NCBI GenBank assembly: GCA_038215615.1
Contig: JBBQQR010000006.1
Span: 32,001 to 96,000 of the forward strand
Direction: 5' to 3'
Length of the DNA: 64,000 nt
Source: Vulcanimicrobiales bacterium
GTDB taxonomy: Bacteria > Vulcanimicrobiota > Vulcanimicrobiia > Vulcanimicrobiales > Vulcanimicrobiaceae
The translations under genes were made by a program, and so were the position numbers. The notes below the pieces were generated by a model. That model was not told the DNA's origin. It made no database searches and was given only the letters and a program-made list of their open reading frames with translations. Shown here piece after piece: positions 36,269 through 46,675 of the stretch. Positions within the stretch are counted from its first letter, which is position 1, and the number at the start of each line of letters is the position of its first letter.

Positions 36269-37759
36269 GTGGTGCGGAGTTCGCTGGCCTCCCGCTTGGC
36301 GGGTCTGTACACGTTGCTTCTGGGAATTACGGTATTTCTGGTTATCGTCGCATCTTCAATCGCCCTGATTTATGAACTGACCGGTTTTAGCCGCGACATC
36401 ATCATCGCCAAGCACGACGAAGCGCGTACCTTGGCCGAGCAATATCACATGCAAGGCGTGAGCCTCAGTAAAGCTGCGCCCGACATTGCGCGCGAACTGA
36501 GCGGCATCGGGCTTCAGGTCGCGGTCTTCGACGAAAAAGGAAAATATTTGGCGGGCGATCGGACGTTGCGGCCGCCGCTGCTCACGCGGGTCCTGAACGG
36601 GCGTATCGAAATCGCGCAGCCGCCGGGATCGCGGGTCGGCGTTTTCGGGCCTTTTCCGCACCCGTTTCCGGCGGGGCGGACAATGCTGACGATCCGCCGC
36701 GGAACCGACTTCAGCGTCCCGGCGCGCGGCCCGGACTTCCGGTACTTAATCGCGGTCGATGGCGGCTTTGTGGCGTTCATGCCGTCGCCCTGGATCATTT
36801 TTGCAAATCTTGGGCCGTATTGGCTGATTATCGTGTCCATCGGCATCGCTGCCATTTTACTCTCCTGGTTTATCGGCCGCGTCTTTTCGCGTCACGCCCT
36901 AGCCCCGCTGACCGAAGTCACCGGTTCGTTGCAGGCGCTGGCGCTTGGTGATTACACGCAGCGCCGGTTCATCGCGGCAGGCGGAGACGAGATCGCGCAG
37001 TTGACGCAAGCCTACAACGACGCCGCTGCCAGCGTGGCCAGCGCGATGGACGAACGCAAAAATACCGAAGCGCGGATGCGCCAGTTTGTCGCCGACGCAG
37101 GTCACGAGCTGCGAACGCCGCTGACCGTTATCGCGGGCTACATAGACGTTCTACGCCGCGGCGCGATTGAAGAACCGAAAGTCGCCAAGCAGATCTTGGC
37201 GACGATGGCGCTTGAAAAAGAGCACATGCGCGGTTTGATCGATCGTCTGATGCGGTTGGCGCGCATGGATGCGGAAGCGCCTCCGGCACCGATGCCAATC
37301 GACGTACGCGAATTTCTTAGCGATCAGTCCGATGCGGCGCGCAGGTTCGACGAACAGCGCCACATCGACTATAGCGTCGAAGGCGTCAAGGAGATTTTCG
37401 CGGACCGGGCCGAGTTGGGCGAAGCGTTTTGGAATATTTTAGAAAATGCGCTGAAGTATGCGCCGGGGGCGCCGGTGCACTTGCGCGCGGAAGCCGACGG
37501 TGAAGAAGTCGTCTTGACCGTCAGCGACCAGGGACCCGGTATGACCGAGGGGGAACGGCTGCACGCCTTTGAGCGGTTCTATCGCGGCGACGCTCGCGGC
37601 GAGATGCCGGGCACCGGACTTGGCCTGGCGATTGCCAAACGGGCGGTCGACCGCGCCGGGGGCACGATTCGCTTAGATAGCGCGCCCGGGCACGGGACGA
37701 CCGTGACCATCCGCCTTCCTCAGGTATTTCCCAAGGGTGAAGTGGTACAAGAATCTTGA
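36269..37759 (+). CDS. HAMP-domain sensor histidine kinase
   Basis: Two TM segments, HAMP, DAGHELRTPL, NILENALKY, DQGPG, FERFYRG, GTGLGL. Confidence 0.96.
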   Translation: MVRSSLASRLAGLYTLLLGITVFLVIVASSIALIYELTGFSRDIIIAKHDEARTLAEQYHMQGVSLSKAAPDIARELSGIGLQVAVFDEKGKYLAGDRTLRPPLLTRVLNGRIEIAQPPGSRVGVFGPFPHPFPAGRTMLTIRRGTDFSVPARGPDFRYLIAVDGGFVAFMPSPWIIFANLGPYWLIIVSIGIAAILLSWFIGRVFSRHALAPLTEVTGSLQALALGDYTQRRFIAAGGDEIAQLTQAYNDAAASVASAMDERKNTEARMRQFVADAGHELRTPLTVIAGYIDVLRRGAIEEPKVAKQILATMALEKEHMRGLIDRLMRLARMDAEAPPAPMPIDVREFLSDQSDAARRFDEQRHIDYSVEGVKEIFADRAELGEAFWNILENALKYAPGAPVHLRAEADGEEVVLTVSDQGPGMTEGERLHAFERFYRGDARGEMPGTGLGLAIAKRAVDRAGGTIRLDSAPGHGTTVTIRLPQVFPKGEVVQES

Positions 37760-40700
37760 TGCAACGTCTTATTGCCTTTTTGTTGACCTTGACGCTCATT
37801 GCGAGTCTGACGCCGGCTGCGCGCGCACAGTCCGACACGGGCGAAATATGGATCACCGTCCAGGACGCGGGGACCAAGGCTCCGGTCATTTTGGCGCGGG
37901 TCTTGCTCGACGGTCCGGTCGTGACCAGCGAGTACACCGGCAACGACGGGAAAGTTCACTTCATCGACGTGCCGGACGGCATCTACCGCGCGCGCGTTTT
38001 TGCGCGCGGTTTCCAGGCGGTTACGTCTTCGAACTTTGAGGTTACCAACGGCCGCTCGGTCACCGTCGCCGTGGAATTAGCGCAGTCGCAGGCTCCGCTG
38101 CGCACGATTGCATCGGTAGTTGCAAAATCGACAGCCACAGTGTCGACCACGGCTATTTCGAATACGAGCGCCCAGCGCAAGCTCTCCGATACGCTTGCCG
38201 ACGCCCTTGGCAAGCTCTCCGGCGTGAACGTCACCACGTCGAGCAACGATAGCGACGCTACGCAAACCGTTTCGCTCGAGGGTCAGGACGCGAGCCAGAC
38301 GGCGATGTCGGTCAACGGCATTCCCCTCAACTCACCGGGCATGGCCGGCAACATGCGCGGAATCAATTCCGACCTTTTTACGGGCGCCAACGTTTCGTTC
38401 GGCCCGCAGGCCGGCGGTTTTGGCGGCGGCGGCGTCGGCTTCAATACGCTGCAGCCTTCGCTCTCATGGCAGAGCGCCTTCTCGTTCTCCGCGGGCAGCA
38501 ACGGGAAAAACAATTACTCCGCTTCGGAGAGCGGTTCGCTCGGCAAGCTCGGCATCGCGCTTACGCACACATTCCGCGCTACGCCCAGCCTGCTTGATGG
38601 CATGCAATACCTCGATGCAAGCGGGCTGTTCTATTCGCATAACGGCGATCGGAACTCGATCGGAACGTTGGCAAATCTGCGTTATCAGCTGACCGATTCA
38701 CAGACGCTCGGCGCGATGTATGTACACTCCGCGAACTCAGCGAACATGGTCTGCACGCAATTCACCGGCCCCGTTCCCTGCGGGTTCGGCCCGGACAACA
38801 CCAACAACACGACCTTCGATCTGTATTCTTTGACAGACAGCGCTCTTATCGGCGATACCCAGGTTTCCGCGTCGTTTTTCGGGACGCGCATGAACTCACT
38901 CAACGATTTGCTCAACCGCTACGTGAACGGGGTGGCGTCGCCGACGGGCACGCAATCGACCAATTATTCCAGCGGGTTTTCGGCTAACGCCACACTTCCG
39001 GCCAAAGAGCGGCACACGATCTCATTGAGCGGCTATGCGAACAATAGCCGCAGCTCTTTCACGCCACTCGTACCGCAGGCCGCACCGTACACGTTTAGTG
39101 CCGCGCCGACGAGCTACTGGCAATTGTCGGTGAACGATGCGATACGTTCGAATACGAAGCTGCGTTTTAACGATTCGATCGGAATCAGCCACTCGAGCAA
39201 CGCGCCGTCTTCATTGCTTTTGGGTTTCGGTGTGAACTGGCAGCCGACTACCTCGGATGGCTACGCGTTTAACTACAACATCGGAGGTCAAGGCGCGCGT
39301 TTCGGCCGGCAAGGCATTCTTACTGACCCCGCTCAGCTCCGCATCGATTGTAACGGCAACATCGCCTACGGCAGCGCACCCGGCGACCAGTCCGCGGCGA
39401 GTTCCTCGACTTCGGCGCGCCTGAGTTACACCCATAAGATGAACGGCGGCCTCATCAGCGCGCAGGTTTACCGGCAAGTGCAAAACGGCGTTCTGCTTCC
39501 CGTCGACGTGAACGGCGCGGCGCTGCTAGGCGGCGGTATTTTCCCGCCGAACTACTTCGCGACGGCGCACACGACGTTTGTCAATGCGTGCGGTGTACCC
39601 GTTGGAACTGCGTTTGGGCCGCAGAACACCTATTTCACAACGCCGATTGCGGGCGTGCAGCGCGTTTACGAAGGCTTCCATCTCAACGGATATTTCACGC
39701 TGGGCAATCTCGTCGTTCAACCGTTCTACGACACGCAAATCGCCAGAGCAAACAGCAACGACCCGCGTTTCACTAATCCCTATGCCATCACGATTTCGGG
39801 CGCTCAGTTGCCGAACGTGCCCCTGCATCGGGGCGGCTTAACCCTCGATTACAAGCCGCCGCGCTCGGTTTTCGAATACCTCGTGAACGCCAGTTACACG
39901 GGCAGCAATAACTCGCAGAACTTGCCGGCATACACGACGGTTGACGCCGGCGTGAATTATCAAACGTCACGGGGCGCGCTGACGTTTGCCGCGAGCAATA
40001 TTTTCAATACTTACGGCGGGATCTTCGCGACGTCGCAAGGTGCAGTTCCCTATGTTACTGCCAGCGGCGCGCTCGTTCCGACAGTTGCACGGCCCAACGC
40101 GCCCCGCCAATATTCGGTTACCTACGCGGTGCGCTTCGGCCAAAACGCTGGGCAGAATGCCGGAAACACGCCGAGCCTAGCCAACTCGGTCGGTGAGGGG
40201 GAGGGTGGCGGCGGCGGTCTTCGGATTGTCGGTGGCGGTCCGCAGGCTGCGCTTATTCGCCAGATGCTGGCGTTGCCCCAAAATCCGCCTACGAATCCGT
40301 TTGCGTTGAACACCTGGCCGGCTTGCACTGCGGACTCGCAAAAAACGATGGAGCCCATCTTAGGCGCGCTCAAAACATTTACGTCGAAGGTCGAGGCCGC
40401 CAAAACGTCGACCGGCTATCCGATGAACGGACCGGTTCCGCCCACGCTTCCCGGCGTGACGATCCAATACCACGGTCTGGGCCCGACGTATGCCGTCTCG
40501 GTCTCCACAAGCAAGACGGCACTATTGCGTCCGGTCTTTACGTGCGCGACGTTCCACATCGCGGATCAGCAATCCGCACAACAGCGCAATCTGTATGTCG
40601 AACCCAATACCGGCAGCATGTTCGCGCGGCCGACGCTCACGTTCATGCCTGCCGTGGGACTCTATATTGCGCGCCAGCCTCCCGCGGCCGGAACCGAGAC

Positions 40701-41259
40701 GATTCGTACCTACAAATTGCCTGCGACGCCTCCGAAGACGCCGTTTGCTTACAACCCGAAGAGTCCGACGTGCACGACTGCCGAGATGCGGAGCACGGCA
40801 CAAGCAGCGCTCAGCGAGTTGCAAACCCACTTTGCAAAGGGTTCGGCGACGCCGAATTGGACGATTACCGCGCACACAGCCAAAGCCGGTACGTGGTACT
40901 CGCTGCAGCCCGAAGATCTCACGTCGGCGCTCGCGTTAGTGAATTGCGGCCGCGTCAGTTCGGGCGTGCGCGATGATCTCACAAAACTCGGTTGGGATGG
41001 CGGCCCGCCGCCGTCGCTTAGCTACACGCCCGATCTCGGCTTGTACCTCGTTACGGGCGGCTTCCAATTCCGCGGCGGGCAAAACGGAACGCCGAATCCC
41101 AACGGTACGCCCAACCCCAATGCCCCGCGCGGGGGAGAGGGCGGCGGTTTCGGCGGCGGCTTCTTGATTCCGATATTTAGCGGCGGGCGTCGGGGCTCGG
41201 CGAGCCCATCTCCATCGCCCGCATCGCCGTCACCGGCGCCGAGCTCGACTCCGCACTAA
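37756..41259 (+). CDS. TonB-dependent receptor-like protein with long C-terminal extension
   Basis: Signal peptide ARA, carboxypeptidase-regulatory-like domain, plug-like LADALGKLSGV, LPNVPLHRG, LPAYTTVDAG, SNIFN, YSVTYAVRF, then about 370 extra residues. Confidence 0.75.
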   Translation: MMQRLIAFLLTLTLIASLTPAARAQSDTGEIWITVQDAGTKAPVILARVLLDGPVVTSEYTGNDGKVHFIDVPDGIYRARVFARGFQAVTSSNFEVTNGRSVTVAVELAQSQAPLRTIASVVAKSTATVSTTAISNTSAQRKLSDTLADALGKLSGVNVTTSSNDSDATQTVSLEGQDASQTAMSVNGIPLNSPGMAGNMRGINSDLFTGANVSFGPQAGGFGGGGVGFNTLQPSLSWQSAFSFSAGSNGKNNYSASESGSLGKLGIALTHTFRATPSLLDGMQYLDASGLFYSHNGDRNSIGTLANLRYQLTDSQTLGAMYVHSANSANMVCTQFTGPVPCGFGPDNTNNTTFDLYSLTDSALIGDTQVSASFFGTRMNSLNDLLNRYVNGVASPTGTQSTNYSSGFSANATLPAKERHTISLSGYANNSRSSFTPLVPQAAPYTFSAAPTSYWQLSVNDAIRSNTKLRFNDSIGISHSSNAPSSLLLGFGVNWQPTTSDGYAFNYNIGGQGARFGRQGILTDPAQLRIDCNGNIAYGSAPGDQSAASSSTSARLSYTHKMNGGLISAQVYRQVQNGVLLPVDVNGAALLGGGIFPPNYFATAHTTFVNACGVPVGTAFGPQNTYFTTPIAGVQRVYEGFHLNGYFTLGNLVVQPFYDTQIARANSNDPRFTNPYAITISGAQLPNVPLHRGGLTLDYKPPRSVFEYLVNASYTGSNNSQNLPAYTTVDAGVNYQTSRGALTFAASNIFNTYGGIFATSQGAVPYVTASGALVPTVARPNAPRQYSVTYAVRFGQNAGQNAGNTPSLANSVGEGEGGGGGLRIVGGGPQAALIRQMLALPQNPPTNPFALNTWPACTADSQKTMEPILGALKTFTSKVEAAKTSTGYPMNGPVPPTLPGVTIQYHGLGPTYAVSVSTSKTALLRPVFTCATFHIADQQSAQQRNLYVEPNTGSMFARPTLTFMPAVGLYIARQPPAAGTETIRTYKLPATPPKTPFAYNPKSPTCTTAEMRSTAQAALSELQTHFAKGSATPNWTITAHTAKAGTWYSLQPEDLTSALALVNCGRVSSGVRDDLTKLGWDGGPPPSLSYTPDLGLYLVTGGFQFRGGQNGTPNPNGTPNPNAPRGGEGGGFGGGFLIPIFSGGRRGSASPSPSPASPSPAPSSTPH
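41083..41118 (+). repeat. Imperfect 18-bp tandem duplication encoding NGTPNP x2
   Basis: aacggaacgccgaatccc / aacggtacgcccaacccc. Confidence 0.7.
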
Positions 41260-41774
41260 CGCTCGGTTGACGTGCCGGCGAGACGGGCGCGATCGACCAT
41301 CTCTTTCATACGCGGATGATCGCCGGGAATCGTGGTCACCCATTTTTCGAATTTGGGGACCGGCTGGCGAACCCGGAAGAGAAAATACCAGACGTTCATC
41401 TCGCCCATAAACTTGAATCTGCGTTTGATGTCGGCGCTGAGGCCGGCGTACGTCGGAAACGACTGCAGATATCTCTCGAAACCGCCGTGCGTCTTATCAA
41501 GCTCGAGCAGCGTCTGGGCGTTGTGGACGGTCGCACGAATTTTCCTGGCGCTGTGGAGAATACCGGGCGAGTGCAGTAGGCGGTCGACATCACCCTCGGT
41601 GTACGCCGCGACTTTTCCGGCGTCGAATGATTCAAAGGCCTCGCGAAACGATTCCCAGCGTTGGGCAATCGACGCCCAGCTCAGGCCTGCCTGAAAAACC
41701 GCGCGCGTAATGACTTCTAGGTAGTCGTTCAGCGCCGGAGATTCGACCTGTCCTGGGATCGTCGAATGCGCCAT
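41256..41774 (-). CDS. DNA-3-methyladenine glycosylase I-like protein
   Basis: FQAGLSW..I..RWESFREAF..FD..VA, GIL..RKI.ATVHNA, FKFMG. Confidence 0.85.
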   Translation of the reverse strand: MAHSTIPGQVESPALNDYLEVITRAVFQAGLSWASIAQRWESFREAFESFDAGKVAAYTEGDVDRLLHSPGILHSARKIRATVHNAQTLLELDKTHGGFERYLQSFPTYAGLSADIKRRFKFMGEMNVWYFLFRVRQPVPKFEKWVTTIPGDHPRMKEMVDRARLAGTSTER

Positions 41775-42952
41775 TACGGTGCGTGCGCCGGCGCGTCAAA
41801 GGCGAGTGCCGTCATCATCGCCACGCCGGCCGGCAGTGCAGCTTCATCGATATCGAACGTGCTGGAATGATGGGGATTCGCGGTTTCGCCGTTGCCGCGA
41901 GCTCCGAGCGTATAAAAACACGCCGGCACTCGTTGAGCGAAAAATGAGAAATCTTCGGCTCCCATCAGCTTATCCGCCGCGAATACTCGCCCGTCGCCGA
42001 AAATGTTGCGGGCCAGAGTTTCCGCGTAGTGCGATTGGTCGGGATCGTTGGCCGTGACGGGATAGCGCTTCAGATATTGGTAGTCGTAAGACGCGCCGGC
42101 CGCATCGCAGGACGCCTTGAGAATCCGCTCGATCCTCGCCGGCATAGAATCGCGTAATTCTTCGGAAAAGGCCCGCACGGTCCCCAACATGCGAACCGTG
42201 CGCGGGATGACGTTGTGTATCGTCCCACCATGGATCGAGCCGATCGTCACGACCGCAGGCTCAAGCGGATCGATATTACGGCTAACGATTTGCTGCAGCG
42301 ACGTGACGAAACCGGCCGCTGTCAGAATGGGGTCGATCGTATCGTGCGGAGCTGCGCCGTGTCCGCCTTTTCCAAGCACTTCAATTTCGATTGAGTCGCT
42401 CGACGCGTAAAATGGCCCACTGCGAAAACCGAGCGTTCCGGTTCTATACTTCGAACTTAAGTGCAAGCCGTAGGCGCGCTCGATTCCAAAGCGATCGATG
42501 AGGCCTTCATCGACCATGGCTTGCGCGCCGCCCTGACCCTCTTCAGCAGGCTGAAAAACGAGGCAGACAGTTCCCCGCAGCTGTTCGCGTCGTGTCGCGA
42601 TGAGTTCGGCAGCGCCGAGCAAAATGGCAACGTGGCCGTCGTGTCCGCATGCGTGCATGACGCCGTCGTTACCCGACCTGTACGGATGGGAGTTTTCCTC
42701 TTGTATCGGGAGCGCGTCCATGTCGGCGCGCAGCATGATCGTGCGTCCCGCTTTCGCTCCGCGAATGATGCCGACGACGCCGGTCCGCGCGATGCCGCTG
42801 TGCACGGTGTAGCCGAGGTCACCTAGGCGCGCTGCGATAATTCCGGCCGTGCGCTGTTCCTGAAAACCCAGCTCCGGATGCATGTGCAGGTCGCGGCGCG
42901 TGTCGACGACCTGGTCGACGAGCTTCGCGGGCACTTCAATCGTAGCAGTCAT
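41774..42952 (-). CDS. M20D-family amidohydrolase
   Basis: RRDLHMHPELGFQE, LRADMDAL, MHACGHDGH, FQPAEEG, GAEDFS. Confidence 0.95.
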   Translation of the reverse strand: MTATIEVPAKLVDQVVDTRRDLHMHPELGFQEQRTAGIIAARLGDLGYTVHSGIARTGVVGIIRGAKAGRTIMLRADMDALPIQEENSHPYRSGNDGVMHACGHDGHVAILLGAAELIATRREQLRGTVCLVFQPAEEGQGGAQAMVDEGLIDRFGIERAYGLHLSSKYRTGTLGFRSGPFYASSDSIEIEVLGKGGHGAAPHDTIDPILTAAGFVTSLQQIVSRNIDPLEPAVVTIGSIHGGTIHNVIPRTVRMLGTVRAFSEELRDSMPARIERILKASCDAAGASYDYQYLKRYPVTANDPDQSHYAETLARNIFGDGRVFAADKLMGAEDFSFFAQRVPACFYTLGARGNGETANPHHSSTFDIDEAALPAGVAMMTALAFDAPAHAP

Positions 42953-43084
42953 GGGGAAGCTTGTTCGCCCCCGGGGTGCGGCTGACCCCACGCGGCACGG
43001 AATCCTGTCGGCAGGGGTCTTCCTTTTCCGTAAACCGCGTGATAGGATTTCCCAACAAACCAAGTCAGTCAGGAGTTCCGATTA

Positions 43085-43399
43085 GTGTACGTCGATGAAA
43101 TGTTGAACTGTGTAGACTGTGGGCGTGAATTTGCGTTCACGGCCGGAGAGCAGCAGTTCTATGCCACCAAGGGTTTTCAGAATAAGCCAAACCGTTGTCC
43201 CGATTGCCGCCAGGCACGCAAGCAGATGCGCTCGCAAACCGGAGGCGGCGGTGCGGGCGGCGGCGGCCAGGGCACTCGCGAAATGTTCCAAGCGACGTGC
43301 AGTCAGTGCGGCGGCGTGGCCGAAGTGCCTTTCCAGCCGCGCGGTGATAAGCCGGTGTACTGCCGCGATTGCTTCGCCTCGCGCCCGAACTCTCGCTAA
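43085..43399 (+). CDS. Zinc-ribbon (zf-trcl + CxxC-x17-CxxC) protein
   Basis: CVDCG.EF.FTAGEQ.FY..KGF..P.RCPDCR and CSQCG..VPFQP..KPVYCRDCF; AGGAG SD. Confidence 0.92.
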   Translation: MYVDEMLNCVDCGREFAFTAGEQQFYATKGFQNKPNRCPDCRQARKQMRSQTGGGGAGGGGQGTREMFQATCSQCGGVAEVPFQPRGDKPVYCRDCFASRPNSR

Positions 43400-43413
43400 A
43401 TTCGCTTTTGAGA

Positions 43414-44868
43414 CTAGCCCGCCGGAACGCCGGCGGGCTTTTTCTTAATAGCGAGTGTTACCAGCACGCAAATCGCCGCATTAATGATAAGCGCATAGAA
43501 GCCGCCGTTTATTCCGCCCGGTGCGATTGCGAAGTGAACGAAAAGATATCCCAAGCACTCACCCGCGATCAGTCCTGCCGCCACCGCCCCGGCTCCAACT
43601 CTCGGCCATGAAATCGCGAAAATTACGCCGGGCGCCAGTTGCGTGACGCCGACATAATAAAACAGCAGCAAGTCGACGAGCGAGGTTTTAAAGAATATCC
43701 AGAGCGTCAGTGCCAAGAAAGCTACGACGAGCACGAGGGCGCGCGTCGCCATCGTGCGCTCGCGATCCCCGGTGGCCGCATTGAACCAATCGCCCAGGAC
43801 GTTCTTTGAAAAGACGCTGGCCGCGCCAAGTAGGAGTGTCGAAGCCGGCAGCAGCGCCGCAAGACACCCCGCACTCGCGACGATGCCGAGCGTGGCCGGC
43901 GAATAGTAGTGCTGCATCAGCAGCATGAACGACTGATCGGCGGCAGGCCCTTTCAGGCCCGGCACGACCGCCAGCGCCGTGAAGCCCGCAAAGAACACGA
44001 ACAGCAGCACCAGTTGATAGAGCGGCATGAAGATCATGTTCCGCCGCAGCGTCTCGCCATTTTTGGCGGAATAGATGGCCGGCGCGTTCGCGGGACCCAT
44101 AAAAAAGCCGACCCCTGACAGTAAAATCGTCGTGACGAACCACGGTACGGTGTAGGCGGCATTTGCGAGGCCGGGCGGCGGAAGTGTCATCCAATGCGGA
44201 TGGACTGCAAGCACATGATCGATCATGCCGAGGGGCGATCCAAAAAAACGGATAGGAATGGCAATTCCGGCAAACAGCACCGCTCCTAAGACGAGCGTGT
44301 CTTTTATAACGCTTGCCCATGCCGTGCCGCGCAGGCCGGCCGTGAAAACAAAGAGCGCCATTAAGACAAAGGCAATGCTCACGGCCGCCATCGCATTATA
44401 GTGGCCGTACCCCGCAATCGTCAGCAAGATTTGCAACCCGGTGAGTTGCAGCGTGACATAAGGCACGACCAGGAAAAATTGCAGAATCGCGACCGCTATT
44501 CCAAGCGGCTTACTCCCGTATCGATGGATAAAAAGGTCCGGAAGTGTTAGCAGCCCATGTTCTTTCCCGAGCCGCCAAATGGGCGGCAGCAAGAAAAAAC
44601 CAATACAATAGGCGACGGTCCCATACGCGAGGATATAAAATGTCGCGGCGCCTTTGCCGTAAGCCCATCCGGCCGCTCCCAGAAAGGTGAAGCTGGTATA
44701 AATTTCTCCGGCGAGCAATATCCACAAGAGCAGCGCACCGAACGAGCGGCTTCCGACGATGAATTCGCGCGGGTCCATCTTCAGCCGGCGCACGCTGAAC
44801 AGCGCAAAAACGATCGTTCCGAGGATGACGGCGGCGATAATGGTCAGCGCGAGCGTCTCGGGCCTCAT
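43414..44868 (-). CDS. Sodium:solute symporter (YhjB/MctP-like)
   Basis: FIVGSRSFG, AGEIYTSFTFLG, about 13 TM segments. Confidence 0.92.
   Translation of the reverse strand: MRPETLALTIIAAVILGTIVFALFSVRRLKMDPREFIVGSRSFGALLLWILLAGEIYTSFTFLGAAGWAYGKGAATFYILAYGTVAYCIGFFLLPPIWRLGKEHGLLTLPDLFIHRYGSKPLGIAVAILQFFLVVPYVTLQLTGLQILLTIAGYGHYNAMAAVSIAFVLMALFVFTAGLRGTAWASVIKDTLVLGAVLFAGIAIPIRFFGSPLGMIDHVLAVHPHWMTLPPPGLANAAYTVPWFVTTILLSGVGFFMGPANAPAIYSAKNGETLRRNMIFMPLYQLVLLFVFFAGFTALAVVPGLKGPAADQSFMLLMQHYYSPATLGIVASAGCLAALLPASTLLLGAASVFSKNVLGDWFNAATGDRERTMATRALVLVVAFLALTLWIFFKTSLVDLLLFYYVGVTQLAPGVIFAISWPRVGAGAVAAGLIAGECLGYLFVHFAIAPGGINGGFYALIINAAICVLVTLAIKKKPAGVPAG
43416..43443 (+). terminator. Intrinsic terminator overlapping the 3' end of the convergent symporter gene
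   Basis: AGCCCGCCGG-aacg-CCGGCGGGCT followed by TTTT. Confidence 0.75.
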
Positions 44869-45062
44869 CGCGCGCGCCGCAGGCGATCCGCGGCCAGCAA
44901 AAAGAGCGGTGTGACGGCTACCCAAAACACCATCCACGCCAGCAGGAACGGGAAGCCGAAAACTCGCGGCTCCTCCCGATTGACGAAGGGAATTGCCAGC
45001 GTCAGCATGATCGGCGGAATCGCCGCAAGAGCGACTTGCGTGAAGCGCGCGGCGGGTGTCAT
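44865..45062 (-). CDS. DUF3311 small membrane partner of the symporter
   Basis: PFVNREEPRVFGFPFLLAW; ATGA overlap with the symporter start. Confidence 0.88.
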   Translation of the reverse strand: MTPAARFTQVALAAIPPIMLTLAIPFVNREEPRVFGFPFLLAWMVFWVAVTPLFLLAADRLRRAR

Positions 45063-45091
45063 CTCAAAGATACTAGTAGTATAAGCGGCTT
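45063..45091. promoter_or_regulatory. Compact bidirectional promoter with back-to-back TAGTAT -10 boxes
   Basis: ATACTA-G-TAGTAT (45070-82) in a 29-bp divergent gap; neither gene has an SD. Confidence 0.55.
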
Positions 45092-46675
45092 GTGAAAACC
45101 TATGACGCGATCGTCGTCGGCGCTGGGCATAATGGCCTGGTCGCGGCATGCTACCTCGCGCGCGCCAAACGCAAGGTCCTTGTCCTGGAACGACGGTACA
45201 TTGTCGGCGGCGCATGTGTGACCGAAGAGCGAACGTTCCCCGGTTACAAAGTTTCGACTGCTGCCTACGTCAACAGCCTATTCCGCCCGGAGATCATTCG
45301 CGATCTTCGGTTGCGGGAGTACGGCTTCGAGTTGCTCGAACGCAGCCCGGCTTCGTTTTCGCCGTTTCTGGACGGGCGCTATTTGATACTCGGCTCAGAT
45401 AAGCAAAGCGAACTCACTGAAATAGCGAAATTCAGCCGTAAAGACGCGCAACGTTATCCCGAGTACGAACAGATGCTCGAACGCGTCGCGGCCGTCATCG
45501 AACCGACACTCGGACAAAAACCGCCCAACGTCGTGCGGCCGTCTGTTCCCGATCTTCTTGGATTGGCCAAGCTCGGACGCGGCCTACAAAAACTCGGTCC
45601 GCAGATGGGCGAAGCGGTCGAGATTCTGACGGGCGCGGCACGCCCGATTTTGGATCGCTGGTTCGAGTCGGAAGAACTGAAGGCGACGCTCGCGACGGAC
45701 GCCATTATCGGCGCATTCGCGCCGCCCTCGATGCCCGGCACCGCATACGTGTTGTTTCATCACGTGATGGGAGAGACCAACGGCAAACGCGGGGTCTGGG
45801 CTTACGTGCGGGGCGGCATGGGCGGTCTCACGCAGGCACTGGCGAAAGCGGCCGCGGATCTTGGCGTGGAGATAAAAACAGAAGCGGACGTCTCGCGGGT
45901 TCTTGTTTCCGGCGGCAGAGTTCGCGGCGTCGCGCTTTCGAACGGCGACGAATACGCCGCTCGAACCGTCGCGAGCAACGCCGACTGCAATGTCACGTTC
46001 AATAAGCTGCTCGGACGCGAATATCTACCGGGCGATTTTACAGACGCCATCGACCGGATCAGCTACGACAGCGCATCGGCGAAGATCAACGTGGCGCTCG
46101 AACATCTGCCGGACTTTACAGCGCTTCCGGGAACGAAAAGTGGCCCGCAACATCGCGGAACAGTGCATTTGTGCCCGGACCAAGATTTCATTGAGCGTGC
46201 CTACGACGATGCGAAATACGGGGAGCCGTCGCGCGAACCGGTTGTCGAATGCACGATACCGTCGGCGGTCGACGATACGGTTGCGCCGCCCGGAAAACAT
46301 CTGATGTCGATGTTCGTGCAGTATGCGCCATATGCGCCGAAAGGCTCGCCGTGGAACTCAGCCACAAGAGATGCGTTTGCGGACAGCTGTTTCGACGTCG
46401 TCGAACGCTATGCGCCCGGGTTCAAAAACAGCGTCATCGACCGCCAAGTTCTCACGCCGCCGGATATAGAAAATATTTTCGGTTTGACGGGCGGAAATAT
46501 TTTTCAAGGCGCGATGACGCTCGACAACCTTTTCATGTTCCGGCCCGCGCCTGGCTATGCCGGGTACAGAACGCCGATCGAAGGCTTATTTTTATGCGGA
46601 TCTGCCGCCCATCCCGGTGGTGGAGTTATGGGAGCCGCCGGGTTGAATGCTGCCAAGGAGATGCTGAAAAGATGA
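45092..46675 (+). CDS. Phytoene dehydrogenase-like NAD(P)/FAD-dependent oxidoreductase
   Basis: VVGAGHNGL Rossmann motif, GGMGG, GGNIFQG, GLFLCGS.AHPGGGV. Confidence 0.92.
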   Translation: MKTYDAIVVGAGHNGLVAACYLARAKRKVLVLERRYIVGGACVTEERTFPGYKVSTAAYVNSLFRPEIIRDLRLREYGFELLERSPASFSPFLDGRYLILGSDKQSELTEIAKFSRKDAQRYPEYEQMLERVAAVIEPTLGQKPPNVVRPSVPDLLGLAKLGRGLQKLGPQMGEAVEILTGAARPILDRWFESEELKATLATDAIIGAFAPPSMPGTAYVLFHHVMGETNGKRGVWAYVRGGMGGLTQALAKAAADLGVEIKTEADVSRVLVSGGRVRGVALSNGDEYAARTVASNADCNVTFNKLLGREYLPGDFTDAIDRISYDSASAKINVALEHLPDFTALPGTKSGPQHRGTVHLCPDQDFIERAYDDAKYGEPSREPVVECTIPSAVDDTVAPPGKHLMSMFVQYAPYAPKGSPWNSATRDAFADSCFDVVERYAPGFKNSVIDRQVLTPPDIENIFGLTGGNIFQGAMTLDNLFMFRPAPGYAGYRTPIEGLFLCGSAAHPGGGVMGAAGLNAAKEMLKR

